Origin: Deinococcales bacterium
GTDB lineage: Bacteria > Deinococcota > Deinococci > Deinococcales > JAAFIG01
Reading direction: 5' to 3'
Length of the DNA: 64,000 bases
Assembly (NCBI GenBank): GCA_031414595.1
Contig: JANNVX010000114.1
Span: 9,497 to 73,496, forward strand
Part shown: one piece after another, positions 29,062-38,563 of the stretch
How the letters are laid out: each line of letters begins with the position of its first letter
Position numbering within the stretch: the first letter of the stretch is position 1
Position numbers and translations under genes: made by a program
Notes under the pieces: generated by a model
The model's input: only the letters and a program-made list of their open reading frames with translations
What the model was told of the DNA's origin: nothing
Databases searched by the model: none

Positions 29062-30468
29062 ATGGCAAAGATTCGAGGTCCGGTACTGACTGCCAGTGTG
29101 TTCTTAGCTGGCGCACTTGTGACTGTTGGCGTATTAGCACTGTACACCAATATCGTGCAGCGCAAAGCTGAGGAAAAACAACACGTTTTCCAAGTTGTGG
29201 AAATTACTGAAGACACCATAGACCCTGCCGAATGGGGCAAGAATTACCCCAAGCAATATGATAGTTACAAACGCACTGTGGATACCGAACGCACCCGTTA
29301 TGGTGGTTCGGAAAACTTTCAAAAACTTGATTCCGACCCGTTCCTACGCACCATCTTTGCAGGTTACGCCTTTGGCATAGATTTCAGGGAAGAACGCGGT
29401 CATGCCTTTATGCTCGACGACCAACGCGAAACCAAACGAGTCACCGAACGCAAACAACCCGGCGCGTGCCTAAATTGCCATGCCAGTGTACTGACCGCCT
29501 TTCGGGAAACTGGTGTCAAAGCAGGAGTACCAAACGACGAAGACCACCGTTGGGAAGCCGTAGCCAAAGGCTTTACATTGGTCAATAAACTCACGTACTC
29601 GGCTGCTACAGCCCTTGTGACCCACCCTGTTTCATGTGTGGACTGCCATAACCCAACCGACATGGCTGTGCGTGTGACCCGACCAGCCTTTATGAATGGA
29701 ATCCAAGCTCTTGCCAAATCAAACGACCCACTGCCTAATTTCCCCAGCATCGAACGCTGGCGCAAAACCAATCAAGCCGTGCCGTATGACCCAAACAAAG
29801 AAGCCTCACGCCAAGAACTGCGAAGCATGGTCTGCACCCAATGCCATGTCGAGTATTACATCACCAAAGAAGACAAACAACTGACCTTCCCGTGGCAGAA
29901 CGGACTTAAGCTCGAGCAAATCGAAAAGTATTACGACGATGTGGGTTGGAAAGACTGGGAACACAAAATTTCTAAAGCCCCAGTGTTAAAAGCCCAACAC
30001 CCAGAAATGGAACTCTGGTCACAAGGCATTCATGCTCGAAGCGGCGTAGCCTGCGCCGACTGCCATATGCCCTATCAGCGCCAAGGCGCAATTAAAGTCT
30101 CGAGCCACCATGTTCGTAGTCCGATGTTAAACGTGGCACAAGCCTGCCAGACTTGCCACCGGTACGACGAAACAGAAATCAAAGCTCGAGTCGAAGTTAT
30201 TCAAGACCGCACTCAGAAATTATTGACCCAATCAGAATCGGCAGTTGTGGACTTGATCAATGCCATTGCAACCGCCATGAAAGCCAAAAAAACCGACTCA
30301 CAACTTAAAACTGCCCGCGATTTCCAACGCAAAGCCCAATTCCGAGCCGATTTTATCAATGCCGAGAACAGCATGGGATTCCATGCACCCCAAGAAGCTG
30401 CACGCTTACTAGCCGAGAGTATTAATTTTGCGCGGCTTGGACAACTCGAGGTTGCAAAACTAAAGTAA
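29062..30468 (+). CDS. nrfA: Ammonia-forming pentaheme cytochrome c nitrite reductase, CxxCH heme-1 variant
   Basis: RGH, CLNCH, CVDCH, CTQCHVEYY, KAQHPE, CADCHMPY, CQTCH, AENSMGFHAP. Confidence 0.93.
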   Translation: MAKIRGPVLTASVFLAGALVTVGVLALYTNIVQRKAEEKQHVFQVVEITEDTIDPAEWGKNYPKQYDSYKRTVDTERTRYGGSENFQKLDSDPFLRTIFAGYAFGIDFREERGHAFMLDDQRETKRVTERKQPGACLNCHASVLTAFRETGVKAGVPNDEDHRWEAVAKGFTLVNKLTYSAATALVTHPVSCVDCHNPTDMAVRVTRPAFMNGIQALAKSNDPLPNFPSIERWRKTNQAVPYDPNKEASRQELRSMVCTQCHVEYYITKEDKQLTFPWQNGLKLEQIEKYYDDVGWKDWEHKISKAPVLKAQHPEMELWSQGIHARSGVACADCHMPYQRQGAIKVSSHHVRSPMLNVAQACQTCHRYDETEIKARVEVIQDRTQKLLTQSESAVVDLINAIATAMKAKKTDSQLKTARDFQRKAQFRADFINAENSMGFHAPQEAARLLAESINFARLGQLEVAKLK

Positions 30469-30480
30469 GGATTTGAATTT

Positions 30481-32335
30481 ATGAAAACTAAGTCGCTCGA
30501 GCCACCGCTTAAAAAAATGATTGCCCAAGTCCTTAACCTACGCAACCAAGCTATTGCCCTCGAGCAAACGTACCACGTTGAACTTAAAAAAATTCGCCCC
30601 CCATATTTGCAAAGCGCTCGAAATTTAATTCATTACTTGGCGGTGCGCCAACAAGACATTCGTGAGATACAACTTGAGTTGCAACGCCTTGGTCTGAGTT
30701 CGCTTGGGCGCATGGAAGCCAATGTTTTAGCAACGCTCAATGCCGTGTTGTTCGCTTTGCAACGCATGGCTGGCTCGAGCGAACAGCTTGAGGTAACGCT
30801 TGACCCACAGCTTGAGGTAACGCTTGACCCACAGCTTGGGCGCTTACTTCGTAATCACACCACCCGAATTCTTGGTAAAAGTCCACGACATCGGGCAGTG
30901 AGAATCATGGTCACAATGCCCGAACAAGCTGCCACCGATGCTGGTTTAATTGCCAAATTTCTCGAGTGTGGTATGGATATTATGCGAATAAACTGCGCTC
31001 ATGACGATGCCATAACTTGGGCAAAGATGCTCGAAAATCAGCGCCAAGCAACCATTCAACTTGGACGCAGTTGTCGTGTTGTCTTTGATTTGGCTGGACC
31101 AAAACTTCGCACTGGATTATTTGAAGCGAGCGCAGAAGTCCTCAAAATAAAACCAGCGCGATCAATTTGGACGAGTGGTGACCAAAGCTCGAGTCTTTTT
31201 TACAACCACAAAGTTAAGTGCGCCAACCCAAACAGTCTGTATTCCAGTAACCGAGTTACAATTGCAAAGCTGCCAACTAGGTGATCAATTTTTGTTGACC
31301 GATGCTCGAGGTCGCTCGAGAATTTTTGAGATTATTGAGCTTTTAGCCACTGGTTGTATTTGCCAAATCGAACGAACTGCCTACTTGACTTCGGGAATGC
31401 CAATTTGTGTTTACCACAATAAAAAACAATTGCTTGAGGGTCGAATTGGCAAGTTGCCCTCAAAACCACAAGCCCTCGAGTTGCGAGTTGGAGATACGTT
31501 AATCGTGACCCACGATAGTATTCTTGGCAATCAAGCCCGAATTGAGAACGGGATGCCAATACCAGTCCAGATTGGTTGTACTTTGCCACAAGTCTTTGGT
31601 GATGTCAAACCAAACGAGCGAATTCTATTTGACGACGGCATCATCGCTGGCATCATCAAAAAAGTCAGTCCAGAACAACTCGAGGTAGAAATCACCAATG
31701 TGGCTGGAGGTCTAGCAAAACTTCGTTCCGAAAAAGGCATTAACTTACCTGATACCGATTTTTCGATAGCTGCTTTGACTGAAAAAGACCTCGAAGACCT
31801 CAAGTTTATTGTTAAAAACAGCGATATGGTTTCGTTATCCTTTGTCCGAAACCGAAAAGACATCGAAATGTTGATTGCTCAACTCGAGCAATTAGGCGGG
31901 AAGCACCTTGGCATTGTCTTAAAGATTGAGAATCGTCTTGCTTTTGAGAATTTACCCGATTTACTACTGACAGCCTTGTCTCACCCACCGGTTGCAATCA
32001 TGATTGCTCGAGGCGACTTAGCTGTGGAAATAGGGTTTGAGCGCCTTGCTGAAGTCCAAGAAGAAATTCTTTGGCTCTGCGAAGCGGCGCATATTCCCGT
32101 GATTTGGGCAACCCAAGTGCTGGATTCGTTAGCAAAAAATGGTTCACCAACTCGAGCCGAAGTGACCGACGCTGCCATGTCAGGACGCGCTGAATGCGTC
32201 ATGCTTAACAAAGGCTCATACATTCCCGAAGCCTTGTTGTTTCTTGATAATGTTCTGCGACGCATGAAGCAACATCAGAACAAAAAAACTTCGATGCTCA
32301 GACGCTTAAAAGTAACAACGCCAAAGCTCGAGTAG
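30481..32335 (+). pseudogene. pyk: Long-type pyruvate kinase, split by a frameshift near 31156-31160
   Basis: ORF1: GLSSLGR.E, RIMVTMP, RINCAHD, DLAGPKLRTG. ORF2: FDDG, KGINLP, KIE, ARGDL.VE, WATQVL, TRAEVTDA, CVMLNKG. The frames join as KIKPA(R)DQFGRVV if 2 nt are restored in GCGCG. Confidence 0.85.
30784..30838 (+). repeat. In-frame 24-bp tandem duplication inside pyk (QLEVTLDP x2)
   Basis: CAGCTTGAGGTAACGCTTGACCCA repeated exactly twice, plus a partial third copy. Confidence 0.9.
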
Positions 32336-32366
32336 CTGATGTACCTCTAAAACAAATACCAAATAA

Positions 32367-33215
32367 CTAAGCCAGACCAACGTAAGCACCATCTCTCGAG
32401 AAACAGCAATTGGTTGTAAATGACATCGGTTCGCGGTTACAAATTTTCTCACCGTTTTTGATTCGTTCAGCCAGAGCAACCGTTTCGGGCATTGGTGAAT
32501 CCTCAAGTTCTACTTGTAAAAAATGAATAAAGCGTCGGTAATGCTCTATTGCAATGTATTTATCTTCGACCACGGATAAACAGGTCATTAGTTTTTGATG
32601 ATGATTCTCTCCCATATACGGGTCTATCCGCAGGGCTGCATCTAAGGTACTGACTGCTTTGGCACACGTACCAGTTCCACAATAAAGCAGCGAAATCTCG
32701 AGGTTAGCACGAACAAAAACCCCGCGCAGTTGTTCACGCAGTTCATTTGCCCAAGTTGTGGTTATGCTCGGTAAAAAGTCGCCTTGATAGAGTGCGATAA
32801 CACGCTTAAAGGCTTGCAATCGCAGTTCTTTGTTTGGGGCATGGCGGGCTTCTTCTAGGGTCTGATAAATTTGGTTTAAGTCGGTAGCCGCCAGCACAGC
32901 CGCGTTTAAGCGGTAACGATTATCTTGCTCGAGCAGTGCCTGATTATGCCCGAGTGCCTGACGAATACGGTGTACGGTGACTCTAAAACGATTATTGCTT
33001 TGGTTGGTTGGTTCGGTTTGCCAGAGTTGCTCGAGAATTTCTTCTTTTTGCTTACCGTTTGGATGAGCCAGTAAGTAAAAAAAGAGTTCTTCGGCGGTTT
33101 TACTCTTAAATTGGGCGGCTTGGTTATTGACCAAAACATGGTGTCTGCCAAGGGTCGCAATCTCAAGAATCGGGCAAACCTCAAGAAGTTCTTGCCCAAT
33201 CCGACCTTGCTCCAT
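32367..33215 (-). CDS. SARP/AfsR-like regulator (wHTH + BTAD) with Cys-rich C-terminus, paralog 2
   Basis: Closely similar to 25940..26800 (AQFKSKTAEELFFYLLAHP, NNRFRVTVHRIRQAL, ANLEISLL.CGTG.C, KLMTCLSVVEDKY, AERIKNGEKICNR); RBS AAGGAG before ATG 33215. Confidence 0.88.
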   Translation of the reverse strand: MEQGRIGQELLEVCPILEIATLGRHHVLVNNQAAQFKSKTAEELFFYLLAHPNGKQKEEILEQLWQTEPTNQSNNRFRVTVHRIRQALGHNQALLEQDNRYRLNAAVLAATDLNQIYQTLEEARHAPNKELRLQAFKRVIALYQGDFLPSITTTWANELREQLRGVFVRANLEISLLYCGTGTCAKAVSTLDAALRIDPYMGENHHQKLMTCLSVVEDKYIAIEHYRRFIHFLQVELEDSPMPETVALAERIKNGEKICNREPMSFTTNCCFSRDGAYVGLA

Positions 33216-33299
33216 TTTTTTCTCCTTGACACTGCGTAAAAAACCCAAATTCTGGAGTATTGCAACTCGAGCGAATTTGGGTTTTGCAGGAGTAAAATC

Positions 33300-33342
33300 A
33301 GAGTAAGGCGCAGAACTGAAGTCTGGCTGAAGAGTAACTGAA
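33300..33342 (-). promoter_or_regulatory. Perfect triple TTCAG array upstream of BTAD paralog 2
   Basis: TTCAG-N6-TTCAG-N6-TTCAG-N10-TACTCT. Confidence 0.75.
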
Positions 33343-33371
33343 CATAAACTACCTTGGCTCGAGCCTTAGGT

Positions 33372-33893
33372 TTAACTTTGTGCTACGGCTCTTAGAATAT
33401 CGCTGGTGGTCACAATACCTTTAAGTTCATCGCCGTACAGCACCACTAAACACGAAATGTTCTCCTCGAGCATGACTCTGGCTGCATATGCCACTGGCGC
33501 GTCTTGGAGGATTGTAATCACTGGGTTGTGCATCAGTTCTTTAGCCGTGGTTTTCTCGAGCAGCAGAGGGATTTCCCATTGGGCGAGGCTAGTTGCATCC
33601 GACGGTAAGGCACGGCGAATGTCTCGGTCAGTAATAATACCAACGATTCGGTCATGATTTTTAACCAATAAATGCCGAAAACCATGTTCTTGTAAAATCC
33701 GTCGAATCTCGGGCAGGGTGGTGCTGACTTCGACGCTGATAACCTTGGCAGTCATGATTTCATGGACGCACCAATAACCGCTTTCACGGGCAAGCAATGG
33801 GGTTTGACTACTGATGTGGTCTTGATGCCCGAAACGCAATATAAATTCATCTTTGGTTTGCTCGAGCTTGGTGATACCTGTGGTTGTGGTCAT
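33372..33893 (-). CDS. CBS-domain pair protein
   Basis: EIMT..VISV, FRHLLV, VGIITDRDI, LM..PVITI, KGIVTTSDIL. Confidence 0.9.
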   Translation of the reverse strand: MTTTTGITKLEQTKDEFILRFGHQDHISSQTPLLARESGYWCVHEIMTAKVISVEVSTTLPEIRRILQEHGFRHLLVKNHDRIVGIITDRDIRRALPSDATSLAQWEIPLLLEKTTAKELMHNPVITILQDAPVAYAARVMLEENISCLVVLYGDELKGIVTTSDILRAVAQS

Positions 33894-33909
33894 ATATTTT
33901 CTCCTTTTG

Positions 33910-35511
33910 TTACAGCGTTAGCAGAATTTGCGCCAGCAGTATCTTGGCAATCATTGCCATTGGATAAACAGTCGCGTAACCTTGATTGGGTAGGTCGTTG
34001 CCGCTTCGTTCGGTGGCAAAGGCAAGCACGGCTGGTTGGGTTTGCAAGCCTGCCAGCATTCCAATCGCAATCGGGAACGGGACGCGCAGGATTTTATGGG
34101 CAATAAATAACAAAGTAATGGCTACAAAACAAGTCAGGAACGTACCCAGTAAAAATAAGGTGATTCCGAGGCTCGAGAAGACTGTTTGACCAAAAGCAAA
34201 ACCCGAACGTGTGCCGACCCCCGCTAAAAACAGCACAATCCCAATTTGGCGTAAGGTCAGGTTAGCACTGTACGGAATCTGCCATAAGACCCCTAAAAAA
34301 CGTTCTCCCCAACCGAGCAACAAACCAACAATCAGTGTGCCACCCGCAATACCAAGTTCAAAATGACCACCGTTTGGCAATGGGATTTTTAGACTACCGA
34401 GCAGCAAGCCAAGGGCGATTCCTAAGCCAAACGACAGCACATCAATTTCAGAAAGATGCTGGTACGAATCGCCTAGAAAACTCGAAATCGCTTTCATTTC
34501 TTGGGGCGCACAAACCACCCGCACTCGGTCGCCTAACTCAAGAACGGTGTCTTTATTGGGTAAAAATTCTATATCTCCGCGCCGAACTCGAGTTATCAAT
34601 GCCCCAAAACGCTGTGGCAATTGCAACTCTAGTAGGCTTCGCCCAGCCACAGCTTGGCTAGAAACAAAAACCCGACGGTAATCAAAATGACTGCGGTCTA
34701 GTTCGAGTGCGGCTGGAATAACCTCACCAAGCCGATTGATACTTTTTTGAACAGCTTCTTCTGTACCAATCAGGGTAATAATATCACCAAGCTCAAAAGT
34801 TGTTTTTGGCGAGACCAGACTTTGAATTTGACCACGCTGATGTCGCGCAAACAGCACATTCCAGCCCTCTGACTGTGCCACCACGGTTAAACCAATTAAA
34901 TCTGGGTTGGTCAGGCGTACCGAGGCACTTTTTAAGCCGTTGGCTGTAAACCCAGCCACTCGAGCCGACTCGAGTTTCATATCTACCCGCCAGAATCGCT
35001 CGAGTAAGCCAATACAAAGCAGCATCGCAATCACACCCATTGGGTACGCCACGCTGTAACCAAGCACCGGTAAGGATTCGGCACTCGTACCCTTGATCGC
35101 CTCGAGTACCCCTGCTAAGGCGGGCGTATTGGTGAAAGCACCAGCAAAGACCCCAGCCACTAAACTCGGCTCGAGATTGAGAATGCGGCGCAGCAAACTC
35201 GAGACCAGCACGGCTAGTATTAACGCCCCCAGCACCAGGGCATTATCGCGCAGACCACGCTTGCCTAGACTGCGAAAAAAACCTGTGCCACTGGATAAAC
35301 CAATCGTATAGACAAATAACACCAAGCCAAGGCGCTGAATAATCTCGGGCAGTTTAAGTTCGGCATCCAAACTACCAAACGCTAGCCCTACAAATAAAAC
35401 GGCGGCAATACCCAAGGAAAAACCCGCAATTTTGACCCGCCCGAGCAGAAAGCCTAAGCTCGAGACCAGAAAAAGCAGCAGCAGTGGGTTTTCTTTGAGT
35501 AAGGTCAGCAT
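33910..35511 (-). CDS. AspT/YidE/YbjL family transporter with TrkA-C domains
   Basis: LGIAAVLFVGL, GLVLFVYTIGL, GAFTNTPALA, YSVAYP.G, RVRRGD, GMLAG.QTQPAVLAFA. Confidence 0.9.
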   Translation of the reverse strand: MLTLLKENPLLLLFLVSSLGFLLGRVKIAGFSLGIAAVLFVGLAFGSLDAELKLPEIIQRLGLVLFVYTIGLSSGTGFFRSLGKRGLRDNALVLGALILAVLVSSLLRRILNLEPSLVAGVFAGAFTNTPALAGVLEAIKGTSAESLPVLGYSVAYPMGVIAMLLCIGLLERFWRVDMKLESARVAGFTANGLKSASVRLTNPDLIGLTVVAQSEGWNVLFARHQRGQIQSLVSPKTTFELGDIITLIGTEEAVQKSINRLGEVIPAALELDRSHFDYRRVFVSSQAVAGRSLLELQLPQRFGALITRVRRGDIEFLPNKDTVLELGDRVRVVCAPQEMKAISSFLGDSYQHLSEIDVLSFGLGIALGLLLGSLKIPLPNGGHFELGIAGGTLIVGLLLGWGERFLGVLWQIPYSANLTLRQIGIVLFLAGVGTRSGFAFGQTVFSSLGITLFLLGTFLTCFVAITLLFIAHKILRVPFPIAIGMLAGLQTQPAVLAFATERSGNDLPNQGYATVYPMAMIAKILLAQILLTL

Positions 35512-35526
35512 AAATACCTCGAGATT

Positions 35527-37356
35527 TTATTCGTGGGCGAGTTCCCCAAGTTCTGGTGAACGCCATAGCGCACTGAGCATTAACTCGCGGATAAAAATAA
35601 ATTCTTTGGGCAATCTATCGTAGAGTTTGATAAATAATTCGTCGTGCGAGGCAATTTCTTGTTGCCATAATTCGCGGTCAATACTGATTAACTGCTCGAA
35701 TTGGGTTTTGGTCATGTCCAGACCGCGCCAATCCATGTCCTCATAGCGGGGAACCCAACCAAGGACACTTTCGACGCTAGTGGCATGACCTCTGGCACGT
35801 TCGACAATCCATTTGAGGACGCGCATATTTTCGCTAAAACCATGCCATAAGTAGTTGCCGGCTGCGTCTTTGCGAAACCAATTGACATTAAAAATTCTTG
35901 GTGGGTTGGGTAATTCCCTGCCAAGTTGCACCCAATGATTAAAGTAATCACCCATGTGATAACCACAAAAAGGTAGCATCGCAAATGGATCGCGGCGGAC
36001 TGCCCCTGTTGCACCAACTGCCGCCGCCGTAGTTTCGCTACCCATTGTAGCAGCCGCATAAACACCATAAGTCCAATTAAAACTCTGGTAAACCAGTGGT
36101 ACAACCTTCGAGCGTCTGCCACCAAAGATAAAGGCAGAAATTGGTACGCCATCTGGGTCGTTATAAGCTGGGTCAATGACTGGGCATTGGGCTATCGGCG
36201 CGGTAAATCTCGAGTTAGGATGGGCGGCTTTGCGTCCACAATCAGGGGTCCAGTCTTGTCCTGTCCAGTCTATTAAATGCGCGGGTGGTGTGGCGCTCAT
36301 ACCTTCCCACCAAACATCGAGGTCGTCGGTCAGGGCAACATTGGTAAAAATCGTATTCTCGAGAATGCTGTTCATGGCGTTGGGATTAGATTCAAAATTT
36401 GTGCCTGGAGCAACCCCAAAAAAACCTGCTTCTGGGTTGATGGCTCGGAGTTGCCCGTGGCTGTCTGCTTTTATCCAAGCAATGTCATCTCCAACTGTAC
36501 TGATTTCCCAACCATCATCGGTAAAAGGTTTTGGTGGTATCAGCATCGCAAAATTGGTTTTACCACAAGCACTTGGAAAGGCTGCCGCCACATAGGTTTT
36601 TTCGCCGTTCGGGTCTTTAACACCAAGAATCAGCATATGTTCGGCTAACCAATTTTGTTCTTTTGCCAGCACACTAGCGATTCTTAGGGCAAAACACTTT
36701 TTACCAAGCAAGGCGTTGCCACCGTAACCAGAACCATAACTCCAGATACTGCGTTCCTCGGGGAAATGAACGATGTACTTGTCAAAGTTACATGCCCAGC
36801 TACTGTCTTTTTGTCCAAACTCGAGCGGTGCGCCAAGGCTGTGTAAGCAATGCACAAAATCGTTGTTCCCCAATGCTTCGAGTACCGCTTGTCCCATGCG
36901 CGTCATAATTCGCATATTGACCGCCACATATGGCGAATCGGATAATTCTACGCCAATGTGCGAAATTGAACTGCCAATCGGACCCATGCTGAACGGAATC
37001 ACATACATCACCCGTCCGCGCATTGAACCCGCAAATAAGCCTTGCAACTTGGTTTTCATGGCTTTGGGTTCAAACCAATTGTTCATCGGACCCGCGTCGG
37101 ATTTACTTCTCGAGCAAATATAAGTGCGGTCTTCGACCCGTGCCACATCGGTCACTGCGGAACGTGCCAAAAAACTATTCAGGCGCTTATCGGGGTTAAG
37201 CCGTATAAACGTACCACTTTGCACCATTTGTTCACAGAGCTTGTCGTATTCTTCTTGTGAGCCATCGCACCAATGAATGCTGTCTGGCTGGCATAATGCC
37301 GCGACTTCTGCGACCCAACGTTGTAACTCGAGGTTGCTTGTGAATTCTTTTGTCAT
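35527..37356 (-). CDS. pckG: Phosphoenolpyruvate carboxykinase (GTP)
   Basis: [69 protein letters not shown]; start at ATG 37356 after AGGAGG. Confidence 0.96.
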   Translation of the reverse strand: MTKEFTSNLELQRWVAEVAALCQPDSIHWCDGSQEEYDKLCEQMVQSGTFIRLNPDKRLNSFLARSAVTDVARVEDRTYICSRSKSDAGPMNNWFEPKAMKTKLQGLFAGSMRGRVMYVIPFSMGPIGSSISHIGVELSDSPYVAVNMRIMTRMGQAVLEALGNNDFVHCLHSLGAPLEFGQKDSSWACNFDKYIVHFPEERSIWSYGSGYGGNALLGKKCFALRIASVLAKEQNWLAEHMLILGVKDPNGEKTYVAAAFPSACGKTNFAMLIPPKPFTDDGWEISTVGDDIAWIKADSHGQLRAINPEAGFFGVAPGTNFESNPNAMNSILENTIFTNVALTDDLDVWWEGMSATPPAHLIDWTGQDWTPDCGRKAAHPNSRFTAPIAQCPVIDPAYNDPDGVPISAFIFGGRRSKVVPLVYQSFNWTYGVYAAATMGSETTAAAVGATGAVRRDPFAMLPFCGYHMGDYFNHWVQLGRELPNPPRIFNVNWFRKDAAGNYLWHGFSENMRVLKWIVERARGHATSVESVLGWVPRYEDMDWRGLDMTKTQFEQLISIDRELWQQEIASHDELFIKLYDRLPKEFIFIRELMLSALWRSPELGELAHE

Positions 37357-37374
37357 ATAAATCCTCCTGTTTGA

Positions 37375-37406
37375 AGTTTGCAACTCGAGAATTACCAGTG
37401 CATTAC
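37375..37406 (-). promoter_or_regulatory. SARP-type operator site 5 (pckG operon)
   Basis: GTAATGC-actg-GTAATTC-N8-CAAACT. Confidence 0.72.
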
Positions 37407-37427
37407 CACACGGGTGGGAACACAACC

Positions 37428-37459
37428 GTAATGCCTTGGTAATGCCAGCCTTCGAGACT
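37428..37459 (+). promoter_or_regulatory. SARP-type operator site 6 (ldh-like gene)
   Basis: Perfect GTAATGC-cttg-GTAATGC-N8-GAGACT, then RBS GGAGG. Confidence 0.75.
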
Positions 37460-37476
37460 CTTGTTCGGAGGTACTT

Positions 37477-38382
37477 ATGAAAATCAGTATTATTGGAGCA
37501 GGAATGGTTGGTGGCGCAATTGCCAATGCTTTAGCCCAAAAGAACTTGGCTTTAGAAGTCGTTTTAATAGATAAAGAACACAGTCTTGCCGATGCACAAG
37601 CCCTTGACATCAATAGTGGATTCATGGGACAAACCATTATTCGCGCAGGTGAACTCAGTGATGTTCATGATTCAAAAATCATTATTCTCGCCGCAGGTCA
37701 ACGCACCACCTTTAATTACAGCAGTAAGCAATTACTCGAAGTCAACACCACCATCTTACAAACCACCCTCAGCACCATCCGAGCCATAGAGTTACAATCA
37801 GACGTGATCATCATCAATGCGATTCAACCAATTGACATGATGACCAATCACATTGCCAAATTATTTGGCGAAAAATATACAAATCGAATTATTGGCACAG
37901 GCACAATCCTCGAGACCAACTTATTCCGACAAGCCATCGCTAAACAAGTTGGTGTTCATTTAAGTCAAGTTCATGGGTATGTACTTGGACAACAAGGCGG
38001 CAGTGCTTTAATGGCATGGAGTACGGTTCGCGTAGCTGGCATTCCGTTTGAAACCTACCTCGAGCAGCACGGACAGCACCTGACCAATCAAACCAAGAAT
38101 AAAATCGCAGAAGCCGTACAGTACGCGGTCAATAAAGCCTTGCAGCAAAAAGGATCGTTTTTGTTTGGCTTAGGTCATGCCATTACCCATTTAATCAATG
38201 CAATTATCGAAGACCGTCATGAAATCATGACCGTCAGTGCATGGGATGAAGCTCAGGGCGTTGCGATTGCCTTACCACGAATTATCGGTAATAGTGGTGT
38301 TCTCGAGACGGTCGAACCGATGTTATCGCCCGATGAAGCTGCAAAACTCGAAGTGATTATCGGCTATTTTCGCAACGTTTAG
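37477..38382 (+). CDS. L-lactate/malate dehydrogenase-fold protein with substituted catalytic residues
   Basis: [11 protein letters not shown]ossmann motif intact, but NPVD->QPID, GTxLDxxR->[12 protein letters not shown]->GQQG. Confidence 0.8.
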   Translation: MKISIIGAGMVGGAIANALAQKNLALEVVLIDKEHSLADAQALDINSGFMGQTIIRAGELSDVHDSKIIILAAGQRTTFNYSSKQLLEVNTTILQTTLSTIRAIELQSDVIIINAIQPIDMMTNHIAKLFGEKYTNRIIGTGTILETNLFRQAIAKQVGVHLSQVHGYVLGQQGGSALMAWSTVRVAGIPFETYLEQHGQHLTNQTKNKIAEAVQYAVNKALQQKGSFLFGLGHAITHLINAIIEDRHEIMTVSAWDEAQGVAIALPRIIGNSGVLETVEPMLSPDEAAKLEVIIGYFRNV

Positions 38383-38411
38383 TTGTGTATTTAGGATAGA
38401 AATCTATTGTT

Positions 38412-38449
38412 TTCAGCAAGTCTTCAGCTAAATAACCTTACGCATTCAG
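38412..38449 (+). promoter_or_regulatory. TTCAG array upstream of the hsp20-dps-BON run
   Basis: TTCAG at 38412, 38423 and 38445 (11-bp grid); -10 not clearly placed. Confidence 0.6.
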
Positions 38450-38563
38450 GTGATGATGCTTACTTATGGAGAGTCAAATTTTCCACTGGCAGATTGTGGC
38501 ATAGGTCGTGGTTTAAGTAAATTATTTTACTTGAAGAAGATGGGTTAGTTAAGGAGAAAAACA

